DNA of 64,000 nt from Marsupella aquatica (lineage: Eukaryota > Plantae > Marchantiophyta), in the NCBI GenBank assembly GCA_973895155.1, contig OZ316893.1, positions 3,454,490 through 3,518,489 of the forward strand, given 5' to 3'. Positions 1-13,366 of the stretch are shown piece by piece (within the stretch, counting starts at the first letter, position 1; each line of letters opens with the position of its first letter). Below the pieces are notes generated by a model. It was not told the origin of the DNA, searched no databases, and saw nothing but the letters and a program-made list of their open reading frames with translations. Both the position numbers and the translations under genes were made by a program.

Positions 1-345
1 GTGGGCTCGGGTTAGGCCGCTACCCGCTATCCGCTATCCGCTAACCTAGCCTAAGCTGAGCCCGAATCCGAGCTTACCTATGCTAACCTGAGGCCGCGCT
101 GACCTGAGCTAAGCTGAAGCCGTGTTGACCTGAGCTAAGCTGAAGCCGTGCTGACCTGAGCTAAGCTGAAGCCGTTCTTACCTGAGATAAGCTGAAGCCG
201 TGCTTACCTAAGCTAAGCTGAAGCCGTGCTGACCTGAGCTAAGCTGAAGCCGTGCTCACATAAGCTAAGCCGTGGTCGAGCTTGGGTTAACCCGAAACTG
301 AAGCCGAATCCGCTAATTCCGGCCACAAGTTAACCCGTCACACTA
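1..345. mobile_element. Terminal part of a putative non-autonomous hAT-like element with ~29-bp subterminal tandem repeats
   Basis: Repeated GCTGACCTGAGCTAAGCTGAAGCCGT units (~40-270), ending in ...AACCCGTCACACTA (rc TAGTGTGACGGG, hAT-like terminus). The other end lies outside the window. Confidence 0.45.
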
Positions 346-2619
346 ATCAGGCCGTATCTTTCTTAATACACCTCTGTTTCTCGAGTGTTTTATATCGATT
401 TTACTCGCCTTGACCAGATCTTTCCAATGCTCTTTACAGATCCGGATTTGGTGACATATTGAAAGAGATATGGTCACCGACCACCTGCGACATAGCTTTT
501 ATTTCCCTACTCTTAACGCCATGATTGCCCTTATTCTTGCCATCTTGCTAATTGTTATGTAATATCAATAGCTACTCCTTGCATACAGCAACCTACTTAA
601 TCAGATTACAAAATAAGGACCATGTCATTGGCGTCACAATCCAATTTGAGAATTATAAGACCTATAGTGGGTTTTTAATCATTCCTAGAATATTCTGTAA
701 ATATAGTAAACATTTACTTTCTTTTCTTAAGTTTTAGGGTGTTATTACTTGAAAACTTTGCGTGTAATATGGAACTTCATGATATGGGACTGCATGATAT
801 GGGGTGAGGCCCCCAGCCTATGATACCAGTATTGCAAGTCAAACTCAAACTTATAAAGAAAAGCCACAAACAATATGGGCTTCACTTGGTGCATCAATTT
901 GTCTATGTTTACATTTATGAAGTAGAAAATGATACTTTTACTACTAGTTGCATTGAATATTTGAATGGTTGTTCTTGCATGGAGAAAGCAAACAATGATA
1001 TTTGTAGTGCTAGCCGAATATATTATAGATGTTCTCTAGCAAGGAAACTTAATACTATATATATTATAGATGTTCTCTAGTGAGGAAACTTAACACAAAT
1101 GAATACAAGTATCATTACTGACATTAGAGACATCATGGTGTTTTTATACAATATCAATATTTGCATTATAAACATGGTGTCGGACCAAAAGTACCCAAAA
1201 TTTAGCTATAAAGAGTGCAAGTGCAATACTGACAGACTGTATTGTTGTTAACATTGCAAATGTTGACATTCAGTAAGTATTGTCCCGACTTGAACTGGAA
1301 TAGAGATGAGGATCACAGAGTGTCGACCCTCCATGATGGCAGCTCACCAAAGCTTCTTCAAGTAATTGAAGATTTGGAGCTGGCCGTTTCACCATAGCCC
1401 TCAACCCTTGATGACAGCAGTTGACATCTTCACAGGCAGCCTCCCTAATCCATTGACTTTGTTCACATGCCCATTCACATGCGGCCCCTACTCTAGCGAT
1501 TCTCTTCACATGCGGCCTATTTTCAAATACGGCACACTACTCCAAGCACTTCTCCAACCCCATCCCCATTTTTCACCCCCACCCCTAATTAGATTATCGC
1601 TCCCTAAGTCCTTGATAACTCATGATTATCTCAAAATTGATAGCTAAGAGATCAGAGCGTGGGCATCAAACAAGGAGTACCCAAAACCAAAGGATGAATG
1701 CAAATTCTATACATGTATAGCTATTTGTATTGCAATGTATTGAGCCATTTTTACAGAAAGTTTAAACTAAGAATATATTTAGCTTAGTGGATGCAAATTG
1801 AAATATATGAATGTTTGGGCTCATTTTGAAGCTAGAAATGAGCCTCATCTAATGCTTTTGTTATACTCTCAATACGAGCTTCACATGAAAATTTATTATT
1901 TGGATACAGATATTTCTCTCCAAGCAAGTAAATATTTCTCTTCAAACAAGTAAATAAGAGATCTCTGGAGAGATACCAGCCCTCACATCAATTAAACAAG
2001 GAGTTTCATATATTGCATTGGGAGAGTGGAGAGTCTAGAGTCTAGACTGTAACTCCCAATATAAACAAAACTCATTATGAGGTTCAATAAGGTCAAAACT
2101 TTAAATGAGGATGGACAAAAGTGACATTAACTCTAAAAAGGGCAAAACTGAAATGAGGATTTACAAAAAAAAACCAAGGATGGGGCAAAGACTAATCAAA
2201 ATAGCATATCGGGTAGCATATAAATTTTATTGTGCAAGGTTTTTTTGCATATCTATTTACGCTCAGGAACGGGTCATGGGGATAGTGTATAATTATAGGT
2301 GTTGAATGGTATCCAACACAATCCACATGACCTATTTTAACTGGTTCTCTAGACACCAAAAAGTCTATATGTGCAAATAATCATGCTTTTCATTTTCTGC
2401 TTTCTGGATAATTGTGTTCAAAATCATGGTTGGAAGGAAAATAGTAATATGTGTATGTAGCCCGTGTGCATTGAACAAATGATTTTGCCATTTTGGTAGA
2501 CAAGACATGTATTGTTGTTTGCATTTAATTATCATTGGGGGATTGTTAAACAAATGACTACTACTCAAAGACAACATTCACATGTGCAATATGATTTAAC
2601 AAACACACAATCAAGTAAT

Positions 2620-2925
2620 TGTTGAGGAAAGCCAACATTCACAACGGCAAGCCCATGATCCATCTAACACACAAGTAGTCAACAGATAGAGATACGTGGT
2701 TCACCCTGTGTGAGGCTACGTCCACAGAACATATGAGAGCCCCGGGGTCCTCACTTGTGGGCCATACCAAGTCCTTATACTTAGACCAAGCTCTCCTTAT
2801 CTCACAAATGGGTCCATTACATAATGATGAGCCTAACTTCCATTCCCAAAACAAGTCACTCTAACTATGAATATAGTAGTAGCACATCCAACCTTAATTG
2901 AGTACCTAAGAATAAATGCATAACA
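2620..2925 (-). mobile_element. Copia solo LTR, related to the LTRs at 14797 and 35666
   Basis: TGTTG...TAACA ends; flanks GTAAT/GTGAT (5-bp TSD, 1 mismatch); shares TACGTGGTTCACC...GGCTACGTCCACA with the copia LTRs. Confidence 0.7.
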
Positions 2926-3918
2926 GTGATTTTATATTTTCCATTGCAAACCCGACACATGTATTGTGGTTTGATTTCAAATGACAATTTTGAGAATTTT
3001 GTTTGGAGGGCGATTGCACCATTTTGGTTCCTATGCAGTAACGCATTGTAGCTTGCATTAGGACGAGTGACTACAATGTATTGAATTTTATTACCTCTTG
3101 GTTAAGATCAGATACACTGTATGAAAGCGGAAGTTTTGAGCAAGGCATATAAAGTAGCTTTTGACATTAACAATAATTAAAAAGCATTGTGAAACTAGAG
3201 AGAGAAACTAGAGGTCTAGCTATTTTTAAAGGCAATTTCGTGGGGATTGAATGCAAAGGGCAATTATATGTGTATTGTGGTTTGCATTTCTTTTGGTATT
3301 TTGTCCATGAAGGAAAAAACCCTTCATTTCTCTCAATTTAATGGAAATCATTGTTTTCCTTGTTTGTGTGTGGATTGAATGTTGTCAATGCCACTCGGTC
3401 AACGACAAGATGAAATGGGAAAGTTGAAATTTGAAATTTGGCATCATGTGGGTATTTCTCATAACCCAAACACAATCCCATTTTCTACAAAAATGAAAAT
3501 TCTGGCTTATCAAGATTTTGGGAGAGCCATTTATTCAATTTTGCAAAAATCATCCAAAATAGAAACGCTATTCTCCATATGCAGAAATACTTCTTTGTTC
3601 TAAATTTGGATTTTGGGTTCCTTGCCAAATCCAATGGTTGTGGTCTCAAAACTCGCAGTACGTGCTTGTCCAAAATTGGCAACCAGGTTTGGATTTGGGA
3701 TTCATTGTAAGTTGGCTGTAGGACTCTAACATTAGGTTTGGTAGCATACTAGAAGGAAGTTAATCTCAAGGGCATAGGGAAGCTCTAGGAGATGTTCTTT
3801 AACAGTCCATGCCTATCTTAAGCAATAGGGAAAAACTCTTTGATCAATTTTCTAAAAAAGGCCAAACAAGTACAAAGCAAGGACGTTAGAGATAACAACG
3901 CTAGACTCCCAAATCCAT

Positions 3919-4520
3919 GAGTTTCGGATTTGGGAGTTCTTGACGGCTTTGGAAAGATCTTGGCGAGGCGGTGAAGATCGATACGACTTGCACCCCAAAC
4001 GGTTACCGTATGAGCGAGTTACATCGAATTTAAGTTTCCCCGTTTTTTCACTTTTTCGCACGTTTGGCGATTTGGGCGATTTCGCGACTCAATTTGGGTC
4101 GTAACTTTCTCCAGGAGTTTCAGATCTGGGAGGGCTTGACGGCTTTGGAAAGATCTTGGCGAGGCGGTGAAGATTGATATGACTTGCGCCCCAAATGGTC
4201 ACCCTATGACCGAGTTACATTGGATTTAGGTTTCGTCGTTTTTTCACTTTTTCTGCGCGTTTGACAATTTTGGCGATTTCACGACTCAATTTGGGTCGCA
4301 ACTTTCTCCAGGAGTTTCGGATCTGGGTGTTCTTGACGGCTTTGGAAAGCTCTTGGCGAGGTGGTGAAGATCAATATGAATTGTGCCCCAAACGGTCACC
4401 AATTGAGTGAGTTACATCAGATTTAGGTTTCGCCATTTTTTCACATTGGCTGCGCATTTGGCGATCTTGGCGTCTTCACGACTCGATTTGGGTCAACGTA
4501 TGAGCGAGTCACATCGGCTT
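3919..4520. repeat. ~197-bp tandem repeat, about 3 copies, directly upstream of the CRE element
   Basis: Units start GAGTTTC at 3919, 4115 and 4312, each containing TTGACGGCTTTGGAAAG.TCTTGGCGAGG. Confidence 0.9.
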
Positions 4521-4554
4521 TAGGCCATCGCTTTCTCCTCCAATTGGTTGTCGC

Positions 4555-7500
4555 CTTCGGGAGCTGTAGCCGCACGCTCAATCCAGAGGACGGATCTTCA
4601 CTCGCGTCGACTCCCCAACGGACAGCTCGATGGGCGCTTCAGCTTTGTTCCTTACTGTTCCTGCACCTGCTCAACGGTTTCCTAGGCTAGCGGTGGCGCC
4701 CTTTCTCGGCCTGATGCGGTGGGCTCTCTCCATCGCCTCCCCTTTCTTTTCACCTGCCTCGGTTGGGCCTTTTGTTGCTTCTTGATGCGTTTTTGCTTTT
4801 ATTGGATTGCGGCCTGTCATGTATGCGTTGAGAGTGTTGGCGCGGGGCAAGCGCCCAGTCCCACCCACACTTCTCCCCCGTCCTCCTCTCCCCCTCGTGG
4901 CCGTCTTCGTGTTTGCTCTTCTTCACTGGATCTCTCTCATCTTCGTGATGACCTCATGCCCGATGCTCTGCCAGTCCCCCCCGGTCTATTGCCCACCCCA
5001 TCGTCGCCCTGGCTCCTCTCCCCACCCCATTCCCTCTCCACCCATTCATCATCCTCCTCCGGCCTCCTCGTTCACATCTATTCCACCCCCACCTCCTGTC
5101 CAGTCTTTCCTTGCTCCCTCCCCGGACGAGCGTCCCCTGCATACTTGTCCTGACTGTGGATGGGTTGGCATCTCCCTCCCTCATCATCGCGGGCGGGGTC
5201 GGTGCCATCATCGCCAGCAAGCACAATCCCAGCCTCAGCCCCCTATTGACCCGGTTAGCTCTGCCCCACCCTCCTTGGAGGCTCCCGAGCAGGCATGGAG
5301 TTGGGTTCGCACTCTAGACCCCCTTTCAGCCTACCATCCAGGGTACATTAGACCTCGCCTTTATAACCACATTCCTCTGGCGCTGCGCCCTTTAGTTCGG
5401 TCCTCCTTGTTGCAACTCATGCAGCTTATCTTGGCGCATCCTATGGAGGTCTCCTACTGGTCTTTATTGATGCTTTTTCCACAGTGGTCTCTTACCCTCC
5501 CTAGTCATGGTGGTCGTGTGGGTCACCGTGAGACTGCCTCTCGTATCCATCGTTTTTTGCGGGGAGATTGGGAGCAGCTTCAGGAAGAGTACTTTCTTCG
5601 CGCCCGATCTTTTACCGCCCGTGCTTTGATTAACCCAGCCCGCCACTCTCATCCCCCTAGGCATAGACGTCTTCGTCGCTCTTGTCATTTAGCCCAGGCT
5701 GGTGAATATCGTCGGGCTGTCCAGGCCCTTTCTCCCACCACACTAGCCCCCCCTGGCGAGGTCACCTCGTCGGCCCTTCAGGATCTCTATCCGCAGCCCC
5801 ATGATCAACTCCCTTTGCTCGTAGAGGATTTTGAGCCTGAGGAGGATCTTCAGTTTAGTAGGGACCACTTCACCTATGCCTTCCTCCATGCCCCGCGTTG
5901 CGCTGCTGGTGGCCCCTCCGGCTATGTCTTTGAGCATTTTTGGGATTTATTCCCCCCTGAGGATCCTCAGTTTGGTTTTCCAGTTTTCTTCTCCTTTTGC
6001 CAGTGTATTGCAGCCGGTCGTTTGCCTCCTCCCGTCTCTCGGCTCTTGAGTGCTTCTCATTTATTGGCCATGGCTAAGTCTTCACCGGGTGTTCGGCCAA
6101 TTGCTATTGGGGAGGTTTTTCTTTGGCTTGTGTCTTGCACACTTTCCTCGCAGTTTTGCTCTGCACTATCGGATCATCTCTCTCCACATCAGTTTGCAGT
6201 TGGCGTTCCTGGCGGTTGTGAGACAATTATTGCGGGTATTCGAGCTACCTTGGACCTCCACCCTGATTGGGTTGTCCTCTAGGTTGATGTCTCTAACGCT
6301 TTTAATATGGTTTCTCGGATAGCCATTTGTCGTGCTTTGAGGGCGGTGGATCCAGACATCCAGTCCCTGATCCCCTTTGTCCGTTGTTTTTATGGACTCG
6401 AGGCCCCACTCTTCTATAGTCATCACTCCTCTATAGGTGTGTATACCACTCTTTCCTCTGTAGAAGGTACTCGTCAGGGTGACCCTTTGGGTGGGCCTAT
6501 TTTTGCCATTGCCCATTTTACAGCTTTACGGGAAGCCGCCATGGCCCACCCCTAGTGTATCTTCCCCTCCCTTTCAGATGACACCCACATCATTGGTCCT
6601 CCTGCCGCGGTTACTTCTGCCCTCGCCACTCTTTCCACCCATTTGATGGGCCTCAGTTTACGAGTTCAGCCTGCGAAGAGTCGTGCATGGAGTCCAGCTG
6701 GGTTACCCTCTGATCTTGCACTTCCCCCAGGGTTCTTACGTCCAGCCGATGGTCTTTGGGTCCTTGGCTCCCCAGTCGGTACCGCCTCCTTTTGCTCCTC
6801 TTTCATCGCTGACTCTCTACAGGCTGCCTTAGCCTCTACTCCTATGCTCCCCAAGTTAGCAGATTCTCAGGCAGCATTTGGGATGTTGTTGAGGTGCATC
6901 CACCCTCGTGCGTCTTATCTGGCTAGGACGCATCCCCCTATCGAGGATCTTTGTCTCCACCTTTGAGCATTTGATGTCTCCATTTGTCAGACCCTGGCCT
7001 CTCTTTTGGGGCCGGGTACGTTGCTCTCATCTCCGTGGCTTCATCGACAATTCAGTCTTCCTATTTTGCAGGGTGGTTTTGGGCTTACTTCCATTGAGAG
7101 CCTTGCACCTTTGGCCTTTTTGGGTGCGTGGGCGGCCGCCTTCTCATTGTTGGCCGATCGCCCTTTTTTACTTTCATCTCTCATGGAGGTAGAGGAGGGT
7201 TCCCTCCCGTTTCAGGTTCATTTGCGCGCAGCGCGGTCCTCATTACCAGATCCCGTTCGCGCCGCGTTACCTTCTTTTCAGGAGTTTTTATCCTTGGATC
7301 CCGTTTGTCTTCAGGCAGACCTTGCTGGGCGTATGCACGCTTTCACCCTTTCCAGCATCCTCTCCGAGGCACCTGACACGGACCGAGCTCGGATTCTTTC
7401 TTCCAGAGGGAAGGGCGCAGGTGGATGGCTTCAGGCCAATCCAGTCATTCCTCATTTGTGGATGTCTTCAACGGAGTTCTCCACAACCATGCATCTTTGT

Positions 7501-8430
7501 ATGGGGCTGCCCCACCCACTTCTTGCAGGTTTACCCCCTTCTTGCACTTGTGGGAAGCCTTGTGATGCCACAGGTGTCCATCTTCTTCGGTGCAGTTTGG
7601 GAGGTGAAACCATTATTGTTCACGACGCTGTGCGAGATGCGACTGCTCAGGTTCTCTCTGGCTCTTTGGTATGCGTGCGGCAGGAGGTGGTACTCGAGTT
7701 ACCTGGTCCTCCATCACAGCGGTTACGGGTGGATCTTACCATGGTCCGTGAGGGTCAACGTACATTGACAGATATAGTGGTGGCAAACCCATTGCGCCAA
7801 GACATCATTAGGACAACGGCAACTACAGCAGGGGCAGCAGTGTCACGTGCGGCAACAACGAAGGAGGCCAAATATGTTGCACGAGCTTCATCCGACAGCT
7901 TCCTCCCCCTTGCTCTGGAGCTATTTCGGCGTCTTCATCCTCAGTTTGATGGGCTTCTTCGGCAAGCTGCCTGGGATGTTCATGGCCGCATGGGTCCCAC
8001 CGGACCCCCGCTTTCTATTTTGACCACGCACTTTCGCCAACGCATTTCAGTCACCTTGCAGCGTGCTCAAGCTCGGGCCATCTATCGTCGATCTCTTACA
8101 GTGGGTGCTAGTGTGCCTCCGCAGCGGCTAGCTCCCTAGAGGATGTTCCAATCCCACTTGCCGATCTAGTTTTGACCCTTGATGTGGACCAGTAGCTTTT
8201 TGCCACATTCGCTAGGAATGATGAGGACCTCGGTCCGCTTGGGTTAGTTTTAGTCTCTCTTTCTTGGTTTTTAGGGGTTCCCTATTGCTCATTTCTTACT
8301 TTTAGTTCCTCTTTCTTGGTGTTTAGTGGTTCCCTTTTGCTCACTTCTTTTTCGATTGGTTTTGTCCACTTGGGCCCTCTTTTGTTTGTTCATTTGTACT
8401 CTGTTTGGTCCCTTTGTATATAAAAAGTGT
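4555..8430 (+). mobile_element. Non-LTR retrotransposon, CRE clade (RLE-type), copy 1
   Basis: Single reading frame with zinc finger, RT and RLE domains, plus a T-rich 3' UTR that recurs at 49700. The 5' limit is set by where homology to copy 2 begins. Confidence 0.88.
4807..8139 (+). pseudogene. CRE polyprotein: N-terminal Zn finger, reverse transcriptase, CCHC, restriction-like endonuclease; 3 premature stops
   Basis: CPDC..HH; GVRPIAIGE, VDVSNAFN, GTRQGDPLG, LSDD; CTCGKPCDATGVHLLRC; HDAVRD, RVDL..D, KEAKY, QRISVTLQRAQA. ORFs 4807, 6307, 6643 and 7006 are in one frame; stops at 6280, 6553 and 6964. Confidence 0.9.
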
Positions 8431-9202
8431 GTATATTTGGACTCAAAGGAAATGAGCAAACGCCAAACCCCTAAATCTAGAAACCATAAAGGATAAGACC
8501 TACGATTGCAATAGGGTACTGATCTACTGGGCCTCATCTACAGTGAAAAGTCTGCAGATGGGACTTGAATCTACTCTTAAGGACAAGCCAATGAATGGTG
8601 AGGATGCACTAGTGTTCCCCGTGTTAGTGATGAATGATAGATAGCTTTGGCTTATCTCAAGGAGGATCTGAGCATGCAATAAGGTCACTGAAATAGACAA
8701 AAGTTTTGTCAAAATGGATGATAGGTGATGGATGCAATAGAGTAGAAAAATATGACAAAGCCCGAAACACAAGACATATAAAAATCTTTCTAATAGCATT
8801 GGGGTGATTTGGGTGAAGGCCTAGTGAATTTGAACTGTGCAACACCTTACTATAATAATGATAAGAGTGTTGCAGGAAGTACAATATTTATTTAATTTAT
8901 GAAAATTCAATACAAGTTTATTCCAGGAAAACAAACCTGTCCGCAGGTACTACAATATTGTTTAATGTGATAATGATAACAATTTAGTTTAAATAGTTTA
9001 ATAAACATAATAAGTTAGATGATGTAGGGCAAATGTGCTAATTTAATTAAACAAATTTAAATTCATCTTAGGCATGCATGGATGACAAGGAGTGGTGAGG
9101 CATCCTTGATGGTGTGTCTCCCCTTTGGCACCTCAGTCCTCCCCTTGGGCCTCAATAGTTTCCCTCAATCACAAGCTCTACCCTAACTAGCAAACTATTA
9201 TA

Positions 9203-10522
9203 TCAAATATTTATAATACAAGGTTGCACCAAAAAATACAATAGTCGTCATTCAAATTTGACCTGTTGTTTTTTCGGGGGGCCCACTCTAAACGGAGTCT
9301 CATAACATGCTCGGCGTTTTTAGCTCTTAAACAACCTCAAAAATGAGAAAAAAACAAGTTTTTTTGAACTATTTTTCTACCCCAATATTTTTGGAATATT
9401 CCCAAAAGATTTCCAAAATTCAATTCTAGAACACTATCTTTGCTTATAGTTTTCAAAATTGGATTTTGAAAAACCCTATTGCTATTTTAGAGGAATTAAA
9501 AATATTTTTCTCAACCCAATAAACAAACCCTATACTTACTCTCGCGTGATGGGTAGAAAGGAAATAAATGAGGACCCCAGGGTTGTTTTGACTGAAAAAA
9601 TAAGCCAAAAGTGAATTGTTTTTGGTGTGGAAGGTTTACCACGCAAGAAGAAAAAGCAAGGACCAATCATGACCCTTCATGAAAAATTATTAGTTTTACA
9701 CCATCAGATCTATCCATAGACTCAATCTAAAATAAATGTCTACCCCCCTTTAGCCTCCAGTCACCTGCCTGATATAAAAATTTTAATGAAATTATTTTAC
9801 ATTTTATCTTTTAAATTTAAACAATTGAAAGAAAACTTTGAAAATCTTGTAAACTATTGAATACAAATGACATATAGAAACTCTTTATTTCTCTAAAAAC
9901 AAAAAAACCATATTTGTTCCTATCGCTTGGTTGTGTTTGAACTATGGTTTGGATTCTATGATGTGGTTCACTATCTTGCATGTCCAATTTCTATGTGCAA
10001 CACACAAGTTATTGAACACGACCACAACAACTACATGGTCACGATCATACATAACATGTCTCAACAATTACATTACAAATTTTATGTGTTTTTGCTTACT
10101 CTTGACATATTTTCTATTTTCTTGTTTTGTCGTTTTTTTCTAATCTTTGCGTTTATACATCTTTACATCTCCTTAACATCTTTACATTGCCTTGACATCT
10201 TTATCTCACCATTATATATTTTTTGTCACCCTTGACATATTTTCTCTCTTGTACATCTTTTCTCTTCTCAAGATCTATTTTTCACGTGGCTTGACATGTT
10301 TTCCTGACCTTAGTTGACATTTTTATTTCACCCTTGACATACCTTCTCTTCTTGATAATCATTTGTTTTCTCACCTCACCATATTGTTTCTCCTCGACAT
10401 TTTTCTCTCACATCTACGTCTTTTCCTCACCTCAACATCTTTTTTCATCTGAGCATGTTTTCTTCACATTGACATCTTCCCTCACTTCAACATTTTTTGT
10501 GCAACAATAGGCATTAGGCTAG
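9203..10522 (+). mobile_element. Non-autonomous Helitron-like element
   Basis: A|TC start and GTGCAAC...CTAG|T end; GACAT-rich 3' part; 5' motif TATAATACAAGG...GTCGTCATTCAAATTTG recurs at 59821-59866. Confidence 0.55.
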
Positions 10523-10524
10523 TA

Positions 10525-10990
10525 CACTATCAGAATAATTTTACGAAAAACGTACTCTACTAGCTAATTAAGAGTCTTCTGGTAAAAAAACCCCTCTAAA
10601 ATGTAAGTTTAGCTATAGTGGCCTTTGCCAACAAAGAGATATTATGGAAAGCTTTACTTAGAGTACTCTGGTAAAGAAAATCTTTAAAAAGTAAATTTAG
10701 TCATACTGGCCTTTGCTAATAAATAGAAATTATTGGAAAGCTTTACTAAGAGTTCTCTGGCTAAATACAATCTTTATTTAAGTGTAAAAATTGAGTCATA
10801 ATGGCCTTTGCCAAGAATGAAATTATGGAAAGATTTACTAAGAGTTCTTTGATGAAAAAAATTTCTTTAAAATGTAAATTCAGCCATACTGGCCGTTCAT
10901 TGCCAATAAACAAAAACTGTTGGAAAGCTTTACTGGGAGTCCTCTTGTGAAAAAAATTCTTAAACATATAAATTGTGTTTATTGGCAAGG
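10525..10990. repeat. ~94-bp tandem repeats (about 5) following a CACTA motif; probable CACTA remnant
   Basis: Recurrent GGCCTTTGC..A...TTATGGAAAGCTTTACT units; CACTATC at 10525; no clean right TIR found. Confidence 0.55.
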
Positions 10991-11929
10991 AATTGCATCT
11001 ACCCTTGCCAATACACGCATAGCTTGTGAGAATGCATGGATAGTAGGTCTCCCCTAAATTGTAAATACTCCTTTAGCTCAAAACCCTTCTACGGGGGGAG
11101 GCTAATTACAAGGCAGTGGATATACACCATGAAGGGCCGTCAAGAGCGGAAGGCGTCCAATGTTAGTGTTCCATGCTGCGCAGTAACGTCTTAGCCCTTG
11201 TTTCAGCTCTGCGAAATGTTGCTGCCTTCATTCCAAATATTTCCAATATTTCCCGCCACCGCCATCTGTTGACATCGAATGAGGCGATTGCCACCATCCT
11301 CAAGCCGAAGCTAAGGAGCTTGGCTACCTCCCCATGAACTGGCAAAGGAGCTTGGCGACCTCTCCATGAACTGGCAAAGTGATTTGAGGCGCAGGATTAC
11401 AGAGGGCACTACTGAAGAATTCAGCATGCGGTCAATTAGACGTCTCAGTCTCAGAGTAGTAGTGGTACGTCTCAGGTCAGGTCTGGGAAGTACGTCGAGA
11501 CCGTGCTGGTGAGTTGGTGTTTTTGGGCGATAGCGTGGGGACGACGATCATTTCCGTAAGCTTGAGTGTGATCCGTAAGCTTGAGTGTGATTGGCTTGAA
11601 CTTGACCTCTCGGGCAACTGCGACCTTGTTGGTTCCCCAGACTGTTCTCCCAAATTTTTCTCCCAAATTTTCTCATTGTTTACCACGTGTCTCCGCAATC
11701 AGTAACATCCAACGAATATATCATCAATGCGCAAGGATCCCATCAGGTAGTATAGATCACGTATAGTGTGTGATGCCGCTATTTTCTATGTGGCTTAGCT
11801 TGCGCAGTAAAGGCTTTCAGTCTTTAGTTGAGTTATTGTTGTGTGTTTGGACAGTTGGAGAATCTTGCCTGTTTCCTCCACCACTAGAATTATCTCATAA
11901 ATTTTTGTAATGTGCATTTTTACGTGCAG

Positions 11930-12600
11930 CTGTGCTTGCAAAGAATTTCGTGGGCTGGAGTTTCATGGTAGAGAACACAGCAGGGCCAGCGAACCACGAG
12001 GCTCTAGCTCTAAGGGTGGCCGGCGACTTTGCCGCATTTGAAATGTGCCCGGTTTGGGGGTTCCACGACACCCTATACGCTCAGACAAACAGACAGTTCG
12101 ATCTACTTCAATTGTACAATTGTAGGCACCGTGTATTTCATCTTCGGAAATGCGGCAGCGGGTTCCAGAGTAGCTAGATCTTCGGAAATGCGACAGTCGT
12201 GTTCCAGAGAAGCTAGATCTTCGGAAATGCGACAGTCGTGTTCCAGAGAAGCTAGGTACTCGCGACAGTGGGTCTCGTCGGTTAGCGGAACACCTACCCT
12301 GCGTGAGGCGAACGGATCCAAAACCAGAACACTGGCATTAACATTCCCGAAATGCATCTTCCATGGCACGGCCAGCCTCAAGAACGCCCGAACCTTCTTG
12401 TACCACGGGAGGCCCTGGAAGCCTTGCGCTCGACCTGTCATCTTGGAATCTTTCGAGAGCAATTTACTAGATCCCGCCGGGTGGCTAGATTGGAATGGAG
12501 AGACACGGAATTCCACCGTCTATCACGCAGAGTATCAAAACACGTACGGGTCCAAGATCCAACGTCGCACGGAGAGTATCATGGTCCCAGCAAATAAATA
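11930..12600 (+). pseudogene. Pectin methylesterase catalytic-domain pseudogene
   Basis: ENTAGPANHEALALRV, HDTLY (normally QDTLY), GTVYFIFGNA (normally GTVDFIFG), GRPWK, DPAGWLDW, YHAEYQN; frameshifts and an internal triplication. Confidence 0.85.
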
Positions 12601-13085
12601 TATCGAAGGCGAATTAAGCAATTTACTGTGTATTCTATCATTCACGGGAATTCACTGATATAAGTAATATTGCCAATTCTTCCCGTGAATGATACAAGCT
12701 AATATTACTTATATCAGTTCACTGTAGGGCGAACTTCTGAAATTCCTGCTTAATTACAAGAGCTTAATATTGACGAATCAAATAATTGATCTGGATGCAG
12801 CCTCAGGCAAGGGTGATGGCCGCCCGAACTACTGGAAGTACAGGATCTTAAAAGTCACGTCAGCCGTAAGTAGTTGAATCTGCCGAAGGTGATTACGAGT
12901 GGTGCTACACATTTCTAATAAGGACCTGCCGAAGGTGATTACGAGTGGTGCTACACATTTCTAATAAGGACTCCCAAGCTGGATGATATGATCTTCGACC
13001 AATTCGAAGCCACAGTCTTTTCTACAGTGATTTTATTTTTTGGGGCACGGTGCAGTTTTCAAGTTGGATCCCTGCAAATGAGTCG

Positions 13086-13366
13086 ATCGCTTATCTTTAA
13101 TTAATAGAGGATGTAGTGTAGGTACGAAAACCCTTTGTACAAATGGACGGAGATGGAGTAACTTCTCTCCCGTGATCACTCCGCAAGCTACTGTAGACAT
13201 ACGTGACAGGAATGGCTAGAATGAATCGCTTATCTTTAATTAATAGAGGATGTAGTTTAGGTACGAAAACCCTTTGTACAAATGGACGGAGATGGAGTAA
13301 CTTCTCTCCCGTGATCACTCCGCAAGCTCCTGGAGACATATGTGACAGGAATGGCTAGAATGAATT
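13086..13366. repeat. 139-bp tandem duplication
   Basis: ATCGCTTATCTTTAATTAATAGAGG...GGCTAGAATGAAT at 13086 and 13225, nearly identical. Confidence 0.9.

Noticed and set aside
40-270. 29-bp repeats as CRISPR
   Set aside because: Head-to-tail units with no spacers.
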